A DNA stretch of 64,000 bases from a virus, in IMG/VR virus record IMGVR_UViG_3300038944_000010, one strand, 5' to 3'. A program made the position numbers and the translations under genes. The notes below the pieces were generated by a model, which saw nothing but the letters and a program-made list of their open reading frames with translations, did not search any database and was not told the DNA's origin. Numbering within the stretch: the stretch's first letter is position 1; each line of letters opens with the position of its first letter. Positions 24,404-35,126 of this stretch are shown here, piece by piece.

Positions 24404-26872
24404 ATGTTTATCACCAAGCTCGTTTTGCATCGCTGCAAACGGTTCTATGTCAAGGGCATTGAGACCTTTGAGATCAACCCCACCATGAAGACCCAGATTG
24501 TTCTGGGAACCAATGGCTCGGGTAAGTCCAGCCTGCTCAAGATCGGCTTTACAGTCCTGCCGGCTGAGAAGAGTGACTTTGAGACAGGGGGCTACAAGCT
24601 GGTCCATGTGCTGCATCACGGCAAGAGCTATGTCCTGCGCACTGACATCTCCGGTAAATCACCCACGCACAGTTTTATCTGTGATGGCGAAGAATATAAC
24701 GAAGGCCATACCGGGGCTGTCCAGAAAGAACTGGTCCGTGAACACTTTGGCATGACCAGCGAACTGCATGATGTGCTCTCAGGACAGTTGGTTTTTACCA
24801 AGATGAGCAGTCTGGAACGTCGTCAGTGGATCACCTTGCTGTCGTCGGCAGATTTTGACTACGTCATCAAGCTGCACGGTCGCATCAAGCGTGCCGCTCG
24901 TGATACCGGTGCAGTCATCAAGCACCAGTCCGGTCGTTTGGTTCAAGAAAGCGCTAAGAAGATTGACGATGCCACCTTCAACACGCTGCGGCGTCAATCG
25001 CAAGAGATCACCGAGAAGCTGATCCGGCTGCACCAGCATTCCAAGCGCGATGGTATTGCCGATAACTTCGATTACTACAGCCGTCAGTACACCCAGCTGT
25101 CCAGCGATGTTGAAGCCTTGTTGGCCCGTGCCAAGTATTTACGGGTGTCCATTCCTACGGCCGTTAAGAGCACGCAGGACGATGATGTTATCCAACTCAA
25201 GGAAAGCCTCAGGTCTCGTGCGCAAATGCTTGAGGCGGCCTTACACGAGGTCTCAGAGCGACATCAGGAGATTGATCGGCAACTGCACAACATTGCCGAG
25301 CTTGAAGAGATCGATCCGGCAGTGCTGCAGACCCGGCTGACTGAAATCAAGGTCGAACAGGAGCGCTTGCGGGGGCGGTTCAAAACCGCCGCTGAAGTGG
25401 ACCGCTTGCCCAATCACCAGTACTGCTTTGCCGTCGTGCAAGAAACCATGGAAACCCTGCATGGGGTCAACACGGTCGATGCCTCGTATCTGGATCGCAA
25501 CACCATTCAAGCCAAGCAACGTGAGCTGAGTGAGTTGCAAGAAAAGATGATGGCCGGAACGTCCAAGATCGGTGAGCTTGAATACCGCTTGGACCACATC
25601 CACAACAGCTCGGTCATTCAATGCCCGGCCTGTCACCATCAGTTCAAAGAAGGGATCTCAGGGGATGAAGAAGGTAACATCAAAGAACTACTGGAAAAGG
25701 GCACTCGTTTCCGCCAGTCTATGGAACAGCGTATTCGGACCGTAAGGGACTGGTTGCAGGAAGCCCATCAGGCCGGAGACGTCATCCACACCTTGCAGCG
25801 CTTGCGCGATCATAACCCGGACTTGGTGGAGCTGTGGAAGCTGATCCAGAATGCCGGGGGCTTTGGTCGGGGACGTGAGCTGGTCCAGCTGTGCACGGAT
25901 TTCATCAGTGATGTCAAGACCAAGTTGGCTTTGAACGAACTGGAGCACGAAGCGGCGCCTTTGGTCGAACGACTCAATGCGCTCAAGCAACTGGATCAGT
26001 CCAGTGGGTTGCGTGATGTGGCCCATTCCTTGAGTGAACGGGTTGTGGACTTGAAGTCACACTTGCTCGATACACGCACCACCTTACGGGAAGTCGAACA
26101 GTTCTACGACCGCATGGTCGAGGCCCGTGAGATTGGCGTGACGGTGGAACGTAGCCTGGAGCGCCTCAATGACCTGATGGATCAGATGGTCAAGTTCATT
26201 GCGGTGGAAGAGATTGCCGCGCAGGTCAAGCGGCATCAGGTGCAGTTGGGCATGCTGGAACAATCGTTGGCTGAAGCCGAAGTGCAGATGGGGATCGTCA
26301 ATGACCTCAACCGCTCGTTGGAGCAAGCCAAGGCTGAAGAGAAAGCTCTGATCACGCTGGAGAAGATCCTGTCCCCCAAGGATGGCATCATCGCTGAGCA
26401 GATCATGGTCTTCATTAACACCTTCATTTCCAGCATCAACGATGTGATTGCCAAGGTCTGGGGTTACAACCTTGCCCTGGATACTTGCAACATTGAAGAA
26501 GGGGAGTTGGATTACAAGTTCCCGATGTACGTGCACACCGCTGACAACATCATCCCGGACATTGCCTTTGGCTCTGACAGTCAGGTTGACATTGTAAACC
26601 AGGCCTTCCGCTTGGTGGTGTACAAGTTCTTAAACCTTGAGGGCTACCCGCTCTACTTGGACGAACTGGGCCGTACCTTCGATGAAGTCCATCGTCTGAA
26701 CCTGACGTTGGCGGTCAAGGACCTGATGGAAGATGAGATCTACTCGCAAGTGTTCTTCATCAGCCATTCGTTCGAAAGCCAGAACAGCTTCCCCAGCAGC
26801 CAGATTGCCGTGATCGATGATTCGCACGTGACCCTCAAGCGGGCGTACAACGAACACGTCACCATCACCTGA
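24404..26872 (+). CDS. sbcC: SbcC/Rad50-like SMC ATPase
   Basis: Walker A GTNGSGKSS, long coiled coil with CPAC zinc hook, Walker B LYLDE, H-loop FISH. Confidence 0.9.
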   Translation: MFITKLVLHRCKRFYVKGIETFEINPTMKTQIVLGTNGSGKSSLLKIGFTVLPAEKSDFETGGYKLVHVLHHGKSYVLRTDISGKSPTHSFICDGEEYNEGHTGAVQKELVREHFGMTSELHDVLSGQLVFTKMSSLERRQWITLLSSADFDYVIKLHGRIKRAARDTGAVIKHQSGRLVQESAKKIDDATFNTLRRQSQEITEKLIRLHQHSKRDGIADNFDYYSRQYTQLSSDVEALLARAKYLRVSIPTAVKSTQDDDVIQLKESLRSRAQMLEAALHEVSERHQEIDRQLHNIAELEEIDPAVLQTRLTEIKVEQERLRGRFKTAAEVDRLPNHQYCFAVVQETMETLHGVNTVDASYLDRNTIQAKQRELSELQEKMMAGTSKIGELEYRLDHIHNSSVIQCPACHHQFKEGISGDEEGNIKELLEKGTRFRQSMEQRIRTVRDWLQEAHQAGDVIHTLQRLRDHNPDLVELWKLIQNAGGFGRGRELVQLCTDFISDVKTKLALNELEHEAAPLVERLNALKQLDQSSGLRDVAHSLSERVVDLKSHLLDTRTTLREVEQFYDRMVEAREIGVTVERSLERLNDLMDQMVKFIAVEEIAAQVKRHQVQLGMLEQSLAEAEVQMGIVNDLNRSLEQAKAEEKALITLEKILSPKDGIIAEQIMVFINTFISSINDVIAKVWGYNLALDTCNIEEGELDYKFPMYVHTADNIIPDIAFGSDSQVDIVNQAFRLVVYKFLNLEGYPLYLDELGRTFDEVHRLNLTLAVKDLMEDEIYSQVFFISHSFESQNSFPSSQIAVIDDSHVTLKRAYNEHVTIT

Positions 26873-26882
26873 GGACATTGAG

Positions 26883-27224
26883 ATGAAGATTGATCGAGGG
26901 TCGGTACGGTTCTATATCGGCGCGGCCACCACCGGAGAAGGCACCGGGAAGTGGACATGGCCCGGCCGTGACCTCCCCTTCCTTTACGAGCTTCGGTGGA
27001 AGTTAAACATCCAGCGGTCACTGGAGCCGGATTTGGCGACCTGGAAACAGTTCGGGCTGATGATGGCATTCGACCTGTCGAGTGAGCAATGGATACAGGT
27101 GCCCGTTAAAGCCCTGGCTGAACAGCTAGGTGATGAGGAAGTCATCGAGCTGCTCGTTCATTGCTCCGGTACCTACTTGGGAGTCTCCAGGTTCAGGGTG
27201 CTGGATCAACTGGGTTGTCCGTAG
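26883..27224 (+). CDS. hypothetical protein (113 aa)
   Basis: GAGGA SD; follows sbcC. Confidence 0.65.
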   Translation: MKIDRGSVRFYIGAATTGEGTGKWTWPGRDLPFLYELRWKLNIQRSLEPDLATWKQFGLMMAFDLSSEQWIQVPVKALAEQLGDEEVIELLVHCSGTYLGVSRFRVLDQLGCP

Positions 27225-27231
27225 ATGCAAA

Positions 27232-27267
27232 CATAAGGGAGGGGCATCTGCCCCTCCCGTTATGCCG
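27232..27267. terminator. bidirectional hairpin (CATA...TATG family)
   Basis: CATAA-GGGAGGGGCA-TC-TGCCCCTCCC-GTTATGCCG between convergent genes. Confidence 0.7.
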
Positions 27268-27274
27268 ACTTGAA

Positions 27275-27964
27275 TCAATCTATCAATTCGAGGACAGGTC
27301 GCCACACCATGGAATCGGTGCCGCTGGTCAACGAGACGTGCGAGACGTACCGTACACCACCACCAGATTCACCACGGAAGGCGAACACCTCATTGACAGC
27401 CCGTTCCATACAGTGCGAACGCGAGTAGCTTCCGCGAGTACTCATGTCGGTCTCCGAGATCTGAGCCCAGGCACCGTACGGAATACCCTCACCTGACACC
27501 CCACCAATACCACCGGTGACACGGTACAGCAGTTTGTTCCACTCGGAACCGTGCGTACTGACATGGTCATTGCCGGAACCGTAGTTCGCCGGGGTTTCAG
27601 AACTCAAGCCTCGCGGCAGGCGGCAGCTAAACCGTTTGCCCTGTAGCGTGATTTCTTTACCGTAGATCAGACCCTTAGCGGCAAGTGACTCACGGCTGAT
27701 GCGGTAACGGAACGGTCGCTGGGCAATAAATAGCTTTTTGCCACCCAATGCAAAACCTAACCAGTTGGTTGTGGCGTTGATTGAACTTCCGGCAGTCAGT
27801 CCCACCAGAGTAGCCAGGCTGGTACCCGAGACGACCTCCGCCGACGTATAGACACCGTAATACCCCAGATCCAGGTCACCGGCGATCAATTCCCTACCCA
27901 GAAGGTCGGTGGTGTTCTTACCCAGTGTCCGCCGAATGGCAGCGCTCAACATCATTACATTCAC
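27275..27964 (-). CDS. virion structural protein of the WRPVLEL-ending paralog family of phiKZ-like phages
   Basis: GYYG...LVGLTAG...WLGF...KLFIA.RP...SEWNKLLY...WRPVLEL motif series (recalled family pattern). Confidence 0.7.
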   Translation of the reverse strand: MNVMMLSAAIRRTLGKNTTDLLGRELIAGDLDLGYYGVYTSAEVVSGTSLATLVGLTAGSSINATTNWLGFALGGKKLFIAQRPFRYRISRESLAAKGLIYGKEITLQGKRFSCRLPRGLSSETPANYGSGNDHVSTHGSEWNKLLYRVTGGIGGVSGEGIPYGAWAQISETDMSTRGSYSRSHCMERAVNEVFAFRGESGGGVRYVSHVSLTSGTDSMVWRPVLELID

Positions 27965-29340
27965 AATTGTGGTTCTCCTGCATTGGCATTGCCGCTAACA
28001 ACCGGGTCGTTGTAAGAGTACTTACTGGTCACGATCAACTGGAAACGGTCCAGAGTGTAAGCCACGTACAGCACGCCATCGCGAATCAGGCGGGTGAACT
28101 TGACCGGCACGGCCGAATCCGGAGTCATCGATTCAGCCACCGACAACATCTCTGCCAAGGCCAGGACCATGCGTCGGGTTTCAGGTCCCATGCGTCCGAA
28201 GTCCATGCCGCTGGAGTCGACGTTGATGTAGTCGCTGTAGCGCTGCACGAAAGAGTTGATCCCGTCGCGGTTGTACGGCCCGCCTGTGACCATCACCGTG
28301 ATCGCCTTATGTGATGCCCCGAACACTTCAGCATTGTTCTGGATGTACTCTTCGTTGTAGCCTTCACCACGGACCAGCCGTTGCAGATGTGCCAGGCCTT
28401 GCAACACGTTCGTGACCGAACTGTACAGACCCGCTTCCAGCTCACGGTTGGTGATCGAGTAGTTGCCCCACAGCGGGACGAACAGGAACTCGGTGGAGGT
28501 GAAGATCTCCGGGAAGATCGCCGCCCACTCTTCTTTGGTGTGGGTGCTGTTTTCCAGGATGTAGTCGCGCAGGGCTTCCTTGATGGAATCGACGTTGCGA
28601 CCAGCAATACCGTAGATGACCGGTGTCCAATAGGTGGCGATCCGGCGGGTCTTATCGGTCGGATTGACCGGGTCGAACCACTCGTACATCTCACCGCTGA
28701 CATAAGTCTCAGGATAGCCTTCTTTGGCGGCTTGAACCGCTTCCATGGTGAGGTCATGGGTGCGGGCTGTCAGGGCTGCCTTGACCATAGCACTGCCCAA
28801 GAAGAACACGTCCAGGTCATCGACCGGTGGAACCACCACGATCTGGTACTCATCGAACTGCTGTTCGAAGACTTCGGTGGCATACCAGACTTTGTACTGG
28901 ATGGCGTCGTCTGCAATGTCGCGCACATCGATGACGCCCGGAATCCAGACGTTAGGCTGTGCCTCGACCATGGCGCCGACGGACCAGATGGCGTATTGCG
29001 TGCCGAACTGCTGAATGAAGGCGGTGCGGAACGATTCGATACCAGCGTTGAACTTGCCTGCCAGGGCTTGTTCGTAGACCCACTTGTTGATCAGCAGGAT
29101 CTTGCTAGCCACGACGGGATCGGTTTGCTCGATCTTGCCGTCACGAGTGTTGGAGAACACCACCAGTGTATGGCCAGGCGCGCCTGCACTGTTGAGGTAT
29201 TCCTTTTCACGAGCGTAGGTAATGGCCCGTGGAGAAAGCTCTCCCACCGGAGCAACCACAGCCCGTGTGTTGTCGATCAAAGCCGCGATCAGGCCAAAGG
29301 CCTTGAGTTTATACATGTCGTTCTCCGGGCGGATTGCCAC
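27961..29340 (-). CDS. putative virion structural protein (459 aa)
   Basis: Long ORF coupled to the downstream structural gene; start GTG or nearby ATG. Confidence 0.7.
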   Translation of the reverse strand: MAIRPENDMYKLKAFGLIAALIDNTRAVVAPVGELSPRAITYAREKEYLNSAGAPGHTLVVFSNTRDGKIEQTDPVVASKILLINKWVYEQALAGKFNAGIESFRTAFIQQFGTQYAIWSVGAMVEAQPNVWIPGVIDVRDIADDAIQYKVWYATEVFEQQFDEYQIVVVPPVDDLDVFFLGSAMVKAALTARTHDLTMEAVQAAKEGYPETYVSGEMYEWFDPVNPTDKTRRIATYWTPVIYGIAGRNVDSIKEALRDYILENSTHTKEEWAAIFPEIFTSTEFLFVPLWGNYSITNRELEAGLYSSVTNVLQGLAHLQRLVRGEGYNEEYIQNNAEVFGASHKAITVMVTGGPYNRDGINSFVQRYSDYINVDSSGMDFGRMGPETRRMVLALAEMLSVAESMTPDSAVPVKFTRLIRDGVLYVAYTLDRFQLIVTSKYSYNDPVVSGNANAGEPQL

Positions 29341-29410
29341 GTAACTTATGACAGTCGTTAAATAATAACGTTTGAACGTTCATACCATTTTAGGGAATAC
29401 GGTGTACTTT

Positions 29411-29860
29411 ATGGCACTGGCTAAGTTGCTCAAGGCGCTGGCGCTCTTCGTCAAAGAGCTCTGGCTTCGTGACCGCACCTTCAGACAGTTTGTTCGCCAG
29501 AACCTGTCGCTCATCGTGACCTCCGCCGGCTTCATCATCATGACACTGCTTTTCGTGCATGTGTTTCGATTGGCCAAAGAACAAGAGGTCATGTTGGGTC
29601 GATATGAACGGCAACAGATTCGTCTGCAAAAGGAGCTGGACACCAAGATCCCGCTACTGACAGAACGGGCTGACCTGTACCAGGAGCGCTATGAAGCGCT
29701 GAGAGATTCCCTGGATACCAAACCGGCAGACCCACCCCCTAAACCTGAGCCGACCAAGGCTCCTCAACGTCCGAGACCCAAGCAACCTGTTGAGAAACCC
29801 GTGACTGTACGCCCGCCGTCGCCTGAACTGGCTGAACGGTGGAAGCGCCTCAGCGAATAG
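29411..29860 (+). CDS. membrane-anchored coiled-coil protein; candidate i-spanin
   Basis: TM segment LIVTSAGFIIMTLLFVHVF, then coiled coil and Pro-rich tail; next to a lipoprotein gene. Confidence 0.55.
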   Translation: MALAKLLKALALFVKELWLRDRTFRQFVRQNLSLIVTSAGFIIMTLLFVHVFRLAKEQEVMLGRYERQQIRLQKELDTKIPLLTERADLYQERYEALRDSLDTKPADPPPKPEPTKAPQRPRPKQPVEKPVTVRPPSPELAERWKRLSE

Positions 29861-29870
29861 GAATGTCCCA

Positions 29871-30281
29871 ATGTTGATATCCAATCTCTTTCGAGGGACC
29901 CGCGCTGCCTCTATGTTCTGGCTCGCGGTTTCCCTCGGCTCTTGTGCGTATGTCGGTTCTGTGAATAACCAATATACCAGCACCTCTGTGACCTACACCG
30001 TGGAACAGTCGGCCATACCGACCTCTGACCTGCCCCATGCAAAGCACTGCCACACCTTCCAGAGGCAGATGCGCTTAGGGCACACACGCCCCAAACCCCC
30101 GTCAATCGATCTGACGACTTTGGATAATGCACGCGCAGCCGATGTCATTCTGAGCTACACTGAAAAGCTCAAGGAATACATCGATGCCGATGAAAAGTAC
30201 CTCCGCGAAGACATCGCTCGCCACAACCAAAACTGTGTCCCTGGCGAAGTCAATGTTTTTGAAAAAGGATCTGGGATATAA
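29871..30281 (+). CDS. lipoprotein; candidate o-spanin
   Basis: Signal peptide ending in lipobox LGSC. Confidence 0.55.
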   Translation: MLISNLFRGTRAASMFWLAVSLGSCAYVGSVNNQYTSTSVTYTVEQSAIPTSDLPHAKHCHTFQRQMRLGHTRPKPPSIDLTTLDNARAADVILSYTEKLKEYIDADEKYLREDIARHNQNCVPGEVNVFEKGSGI

Positions 30282-30282
30282 C

Positions 30283-31821
30283 ATGAGCATGACCGTCACG
30301 CCAACTATGTCTGTCGAAGGTGCAGTAATGACGGAAACTAAGGAGCAATCCACTCTTCCGCTGTACAAAGGGGTGTTGTACTCGGATGGTGGGTTCTATA
30401 ATTCTGAGAAGGCCGGAGGTTGGGGGGTCCACGGATATGTGTATACCGCGGATAGCCTACCGGTTAAGGGAAGCGGATTACCAAAGGCAACGCCAACTGC
30501 TAAAGGGTACACCGATACCAAAGACGAAACACAAGCAGTCAATGTCCTCAACTACATCGATACGTTCGGTGGCGTACCTAAAGCCACCAGCAACAACCAC
30601 ACCGAGCTGATTGCTGCTAAGCAAGCGCTCACCTACGCCCTGGAAAAGGGCCTGCACCACACCATCATTTATTCGGACTCCCAGTACGTGGTCGAAGGGG
30701 TAAACAAATACCTGGACCGCTGGAAGACGACCGGATGGCGCAATCGTAATGGGGACGATGTCGCCAACAAGGAAGACTGGCTTGAAGTAGATGCACTGCT
30801 GAACAAGTTCCGCGATTCAAATAACCAGGTCATGCTCGCCTGGATCAAGGGACACAACGGCCACACGGGGAATGAAATGGCCGATCAGTGGGCGGGTAAA
30901 GGTAACTGTATCGGAATGAACGGTTATAACCTGACCTACAAACTGGAACAAGAACCGGAGGGTTATTGGAAATCTGTGAACAACCACAACCGGATGATGG
31001 ATCAGCCGAAATGGTACTTCAGCTCTGACGCTCAAGAGTGTCGGACCGCCAAAGATGGGCGATTCATTTACTGGACCGGCCAACACGGCGATGACGAAGA
31101 TATTGCCAAACCGCAGTCTGATTCTAGCAACGCGGTCATCTACCTCAAGGAACAGATCACTGTCCTGGAAAAGGTGCGTGACCACTTCATTCAGCAAGAC
31201 AGCGAGCAGGTCGGGCACCTCTTTGTAGGCGCCCTGCGTAACATCATGAACGCTGGAGTTTCGGAGGACATTATCAAGTTCGGCATGTCTGTGTTCCGCC
31301 GTAACAAGGCGAACCTCAGCCTGCAGACCGAGAAACGCGTCCCGGTGGTGCAACACGTTACTCCCACAGGGTTGTCGTACTACAACGTCGATAACCTGAA
31401 CTACATGGCCAATGTACTCAACCAATTCATGGAAGGGGACAAGTCTGTCGTTACAACCGATTTGACCGACCTACTATATGAAGCCGTGGAAAAGAAAGGT
31501 ACGGTGACACGCAAACTTCGTAAGGATATCACCAGCGCGGTGAAACACCTGGACGTGAGTGTGAACTTTAATACCGCCTTTGCCCGCGAGCTGAGGTCGA
31601 TGCCAGAGGTCCCGGTAAGCAAGACGAAAGTCCGGCTCATCGTGGGGTCTGACATCATAGGTCGGAATGCGCTGTCGGCGCTTGCTGAGAACGTTAAGCA
31701 AGTGAAAGTCCTGACCTGGCGTGAGTCTGACACCGTGATCCGTTACGCGACGGTGATCGAGACGACTGACGACATTGGTATCTGGGCTAACCCGTACAGC
31801 AATTTTAAATTGGTCAAATAA
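30283..31821 (+). CDS. rnhA: ribonuclease HI with long C-terminal extension (start 30283 or 30328)
   Basis: YSDGG, SNNHTELIA, IYSDSQYV, NKEDW, WIKGHNGHTGNEMADQWA match RNase HI catalytic motifs. Confidence 0.9.
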   Translation: MSMTVTPTMSVEGAVMTETKEQSTLPLYKGVLYSDGGFYNSEKAGGWGVHGYVYTADSLPVKGSGLPKATPTAKGYTDTKDETQAVNVLNYIDTFGGVPKATSNNHTELIAAKQALTYALEKGLHHTIIYSDSQYVVEGVNKYLDRWKTTGWRNRNGDDVANKEDWLEVDALLNKFRDSNNQVMLAWIKGHNGHTGNEMADQWAGKGNCIGMNGYNLTYKLEQEPEGYWKSVNNHNRMMDQPKWYFSSDAQECRTAKDGRFIYWTGQHGDDEDIAKPQSDSSNAVIYLKEQITVLEKVRDHFIQQDSEQVGHLFVGALRNIMNAGVSEDIIKFGMSVFRRNKANLSLQTEKRVPVVQHVTPTGLSYYNVDNLNYMANVLNQFMEGDKSVVTTDLTDLLYEAVEKKGTVTRKLRKDITSAVKHLDVSVNFNTAFARELRSMPEVPVSKTKVRLIVGSDIIGRNALSALAENVKQVKVLTWRESDTVIRYATVIETTDDIGIWANPYSNFKLVK

Positions 31822-31831
31822 CGGGCTCGCT

Positions 31832-32212
31832 ATGTACCGATCTGTTGCGATAAACCAATCACACGGATTTTGGACCTCGGCCAAACGAACAGTGTTCATG
31901 GTCAGTCTGTATTTCCGGTTGATTCGAAACTACGATCCTGATGAGTCATTGCTAGCAGAGTTCAACAAGCTGTTCTACTTAGTCAATGATCCGCGTTCCC
32001 TCTCCTTCCCAGCCATGACGGCGAAGGTACTCTGGAAAGGGCCCGCGCTGGACAAGGTGGTAGAGTGCTGCGAGCATGGCGATTTTAAACAGGCTGTCGA
32101 GTTGGTTTACGGGACGATGCCCAAGTGGCTGCGTTACCTGGACCGCGAGACCATGTTGCGTGACGTTGAAAGCATTCTGCGTCAGTCGCAACATCTCGAA
32201 AGGTTGGCCTGA
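31832..32212 (+). CDS. hypothetical protein (126 aa)
   Basis: ATG at 31832 just after RNase H. Confidence 0.65.
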   Translation: MYRSVAINQSHGFWTSAKRTVFMVSLYFRLIRNYDPDESLLAEFNKLFYLVNDPRSLSFPAMTAKVLWKGPALDKVVECCEHGDFKQAVELVYGTMPKWLRYLDRETMLRDVESILRQSQHLERLA

Positions 32213-32216
32213 TACG

Positions 32217-32257
32217 GCATAGATGGGAGGGACTGGTGCCCTCCCATCGCCTTATGC
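32217..32257. terminator. bidirectional hairpin (CATA...TATG family)
   Basis: GCATA-GATGGGAGGG...CCCTCCCATC-GCCTTATGC between convergent genes. Confidence 0.7.
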
Positions 32258-32265
32258 AGCGTGCC

Positions 32266-33123
32266 TTACTTTTTGATCTCTTTCAGGCTGTCTTTCATGG
32301 CCTCGGAGAACTGGCGAATACGGTACAACAAGGTGCCGTACGACTCCATTTCCTTGGCAATCATGAGGGTCAGGTCGACCAGCTCTTGCAGGGCGACGTC
32401 CAGCGCTTCCTGATTGGACACGCCACGATCGGCTGCAGCACGCTGTACAATGCCCATCAGCGTCTCAGCCATGGCCATGGTACGGTTCACTGCATTGAGG
32501 GCCTTGGTGGCCGGGTGAGCCTTGTCCAGGGACAGGGTGTCGTTGAGGGTAGCGATGGTCACGCCGATGTCCGACTGTCGTTCGATCACCGCACCCAGCG
32601 TCCGGGTGATGTGGTTGCTGCGTGGATCGAAGTAGTTCTGACCAATGGTTTTCATTGCGTCAGTGATCGGTGTGCCTGTGGCGCCGCGGTAACTGATGCC
32701 CGAGAGCGCTGTCAGTCGGGTTGGGTCGTTGATGATCTCGCCCACGGTACGGTTGAAGCTCAGGATGGTCTCTTCCATCTTGGTGGCTTTGACCATGGCT
32801 GCTTTCAGCTCAGCGCTGTAAGGAACCCACTGACCGGTGAAGCTTTCCGGCACGATGATGTTCTTGTTGGAGGCGTCCACGAAGCCCACTGCGGCCACGT
32901 AGCCGCTGAGGTCACGGGCAGTCAGCATGCTGATGTTCAGCGGGTTGAAGCGCATCTTCGAGAAGAACGCACCGGCGCTGCGGAAGAACTGGATAGCCCG
33001 AGGGCCTGCCTTTTGCTGGAGACCGCCGATGGTGGACTCCATGGAGATGTTTCTAGCCAGACGATCGAGGTCTTCGAACGATACCTGTTCGAAGGCTCCG
33101 TAAATGTCGTCAAAGTGTTTCAT
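32266..33123 (-). CDS. putative virion head protein
   Basis: 285 aa; acidic N-terminus with VSFE and ISME, resembling S/A/G-x-E prohead-protease sites. Confidence 0.65.
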   Translation of the reverse strand: MKHFDDIYGAFEQVSFEDLDRLARNISMESTIGGLQQKAGPRAIQFFRSAGAFFSKMRFNPLNISMLTARDLSGYVAAVGFVDASNKNIIVPESFTGQWVPYSAELKAAMVKATKMEETILSFNRTVGEIINDPTRLTALSGISYRGATGTPITDAMKTIGQNYFDPRSNHITRTLGAVIERQSDIGVTIATLNDTLSLDKAHPATKALNAVNRTMAMAETLMGIVQRAAADRGVSNQEALDVALQELVDLTLMIAKEMESYGTLLYRIRQFSEAMKDSLKEIKK

Positions 33124-33210
33124 CGGTATGACTCCGTGTTAAAAGAAAGTAGTTTTTCATATCGTTTGCGCACAACCGTTTCCCATCTTTTAAATGGAAT
33201 CTGAAGTACC

Positions 33211-34773
33211 ATGTCTAACAACCCATTTGCCATGTTCAAGAAGGCTCCGTCGATCCGTCCGATGTGGAATATCGGAGCGCTGTTCGACATCCAAACAGGT
33301 AAGTATTACAAAGGCAAGCACGGGGAATCAATCCTCTGCGGTGGCCTGAACCACTTCACAGGCGTAGCCGGCCTGCCCAACATGTTCAAGACGGTGATCT
33401 CGCTGTTCCAGCAAGGTTCCGTGATGAACCGTGTCTCGTTGGCCATTATGATGGCCCATGACTCAGAGAATACGCTGTCTCCCGGCCGTATCATGAACGT
33501 ATTCCGCCAGTTCCCTGAGCTGTTCGGCCTCGATCTGGTCGAGCAAGGCCGTCTGCTGTTCACCGACGCGACCGTGTACAACGGGAACGAATGGTGGAAC
33601 GCCATGCGCGAATACGCCGACAGCCGCCGTAAAGACAAGTCGATCCTGATCACCACACCGTTCATGGACGAGACCAGCGGTGAGCTGATCAAGATCCCGT
33701 CGCCGACCCTGTGCTTCCTTGACTCCCTGTCCGGTCTACAGACCGAAGGCGTCATGAACATGTACGAGAAAGGCGACATCGGTAACAAAGAGCTGAACAT
33801 GGTCGCCATGAAGGCCGCTGGTGCCAAGAGCCAGCTGATCGACCAAGTCACCTCGGTCACCGGTGGTTCGGGTCTGAACATCCTGATGACGGCGCACGTC
33901 GGTCAGGAATATCAGCTCGATATGTACAAGCCGAACGTCAAGAAGCTCAAGTTCCTCAAAGGGGACCTCAAGCTCAAGAAGGTGCCGGAGAACTTCAGCT
34001 TCCTCACCGCCAACTGCTGGTACTGCGTGTCTCTCAGCCCGCTGCTCGATGCCGACAAGCTGCCTGAGTTCCCACGTGACGATGAAGACGATCTGAAGGG
34101 CGATACCGACCTGATCATGATCACGCTGGTCAACCTGCGTGGTAAGTCCGGTCCGTCGGGCATTCCGTTCGAAGTGGTGGTCTCGCAGTCCGAAGGCCTC
34201 AAGCCAGAACTGACTGAGTTCGTCTACTGCAAGGGCTATGACTACTACGGCATCAGTGACAAAGACGGCAACAAGGCCAAGGGCAAACCCAACTTCCGCC
34301 TAGACCTGTACCCATCGGTCAACCTGACCCGTAAGTCGGTCCGCATGCTGCTGGAAACCAATCAGCGCCTGAAGCGGGCGATGAACATCACCGCTGAAAT
34401 GTGCATGATGCGTAACCTGTGGCACGACCTGCCAGAAGGCCTGCTATGCACCCCGAAAGAACTGTACGATGACATCATCGCTGCGGGCTACGACTGGGAC
34501 CTGCTGCTCGACAGCCGTGGTTTCTGGCTGCCGTTGGAAGAGAAAGGCACCTACGCCGACATTCCGTTCCTGTCGACCATGGACCTGCTCAACATGCGTG
34601 CAGGCACCTACCGTCCGTACTGGTACGATGCGGCGGTTAAAGCCAAAGAGAAAGCCATGGCTTCCATTGCTAAAGCCTCTGAAGCTGAAGCCGGTACCGA
34701 CACCAAGAAACCTGTCACCGCTGCTGACCTGATCATGAAGATCAAGGATCGTCAAGCGGAGAAAGCAACCTAA
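33211..34773 (+). CDS. uvsX: UvsX/RecA-like recombinase
   Basis: Walker A GLPNMFKT, HDSE, Walker B CFLDSLS; size and position match the phiKZ-like RecA family. Confidence 0.75.
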   Translation: MSNNPFAMFKKAPSIRPMWNIGALFDIQTGKYYKGKHGESILCGGLNHFTGVAGLPNMFKTVISLFQQGSVMNRVSLAIMMAHDSENTLSPGRIMNVFRQFPELFGLDLVEQGRLLFTDATVYNGNEWWNAMREYADSRRKDKSILITTPFMDETSGELIKIPSPTLCFLDSLSGLQTEGVMNMYEKGDIGNKELNMVAMKAAGAKSQLIDQVTSVTGGSGLNILMTAHVGQEYQLDMYKPNVKKLKFLKGDLKLKKVPENFSFLTANCWYCVSLSPLLDADKLPEFPRDDEDDLKGDTDLIMITLVNLRGKSGPSGIPFEVVVSQSEGLKPELTEFVYCKGYDYYGISDKDGNKAKGKPNFRLDLYPSVNLTRKSVRMLLETNQRLKRAMNITAEMCMMRNLWHDLPEGLLCTPKELYDDIIAAGYDWDLLLDSRGFWLPLEEKGTYADIPFLSTMDLLNMRAGTYRPYWYDAAVKAKEKAMASIAKASEAEAGTDTKKPVTAADLIMKIKDRQAEKAT

Positions 34774-34831
34774 TAATCTGAGGCCGGTGTGCGCTACGTG
34801 CACCGGCTATTTCTTAACTGGAGACACGTCC

Positions 34832-35116
34832 ATGACTACCCGGATTGCTACGTCTGTCGCCGAATTACTCGCCGATCAGAACCCCAGCGCGGCCACGCGC
34901 TTTGCCCGCATGTTCAACTGCAACGCCATTGACGAGAAGGACGAGATTCGTGAACTGAATCGCTTCTGGCGCAGTGAGCTTGCAGCCCTGCACACCTCCA
35001 CCATCTCTGCCCGTACCTGTCTGGTCGATGACATCGCCCCGACTGACTGGTTGCGGCACTTCCGCACACTGGTGCTGCCAGTCGTTGTTTCTCACGACCT
35101 CCCGGTCCGTCACTGA
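34832..35116 (+). CDS. hypothetical protein (94 aa)
   Basis: GGAG SD before ATG 34832. Confidence 0.65.
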   Translation: MTTRIATSVAELLADQNPSAATRFARMFNCNAIDEKDEIRELNRFWRSELAALHTSTISARTCLVDDIAPTDWLRHFRTLVLPVVVSHDLPVRH

Positions 35117-35126
35117 GGTATCGAGT

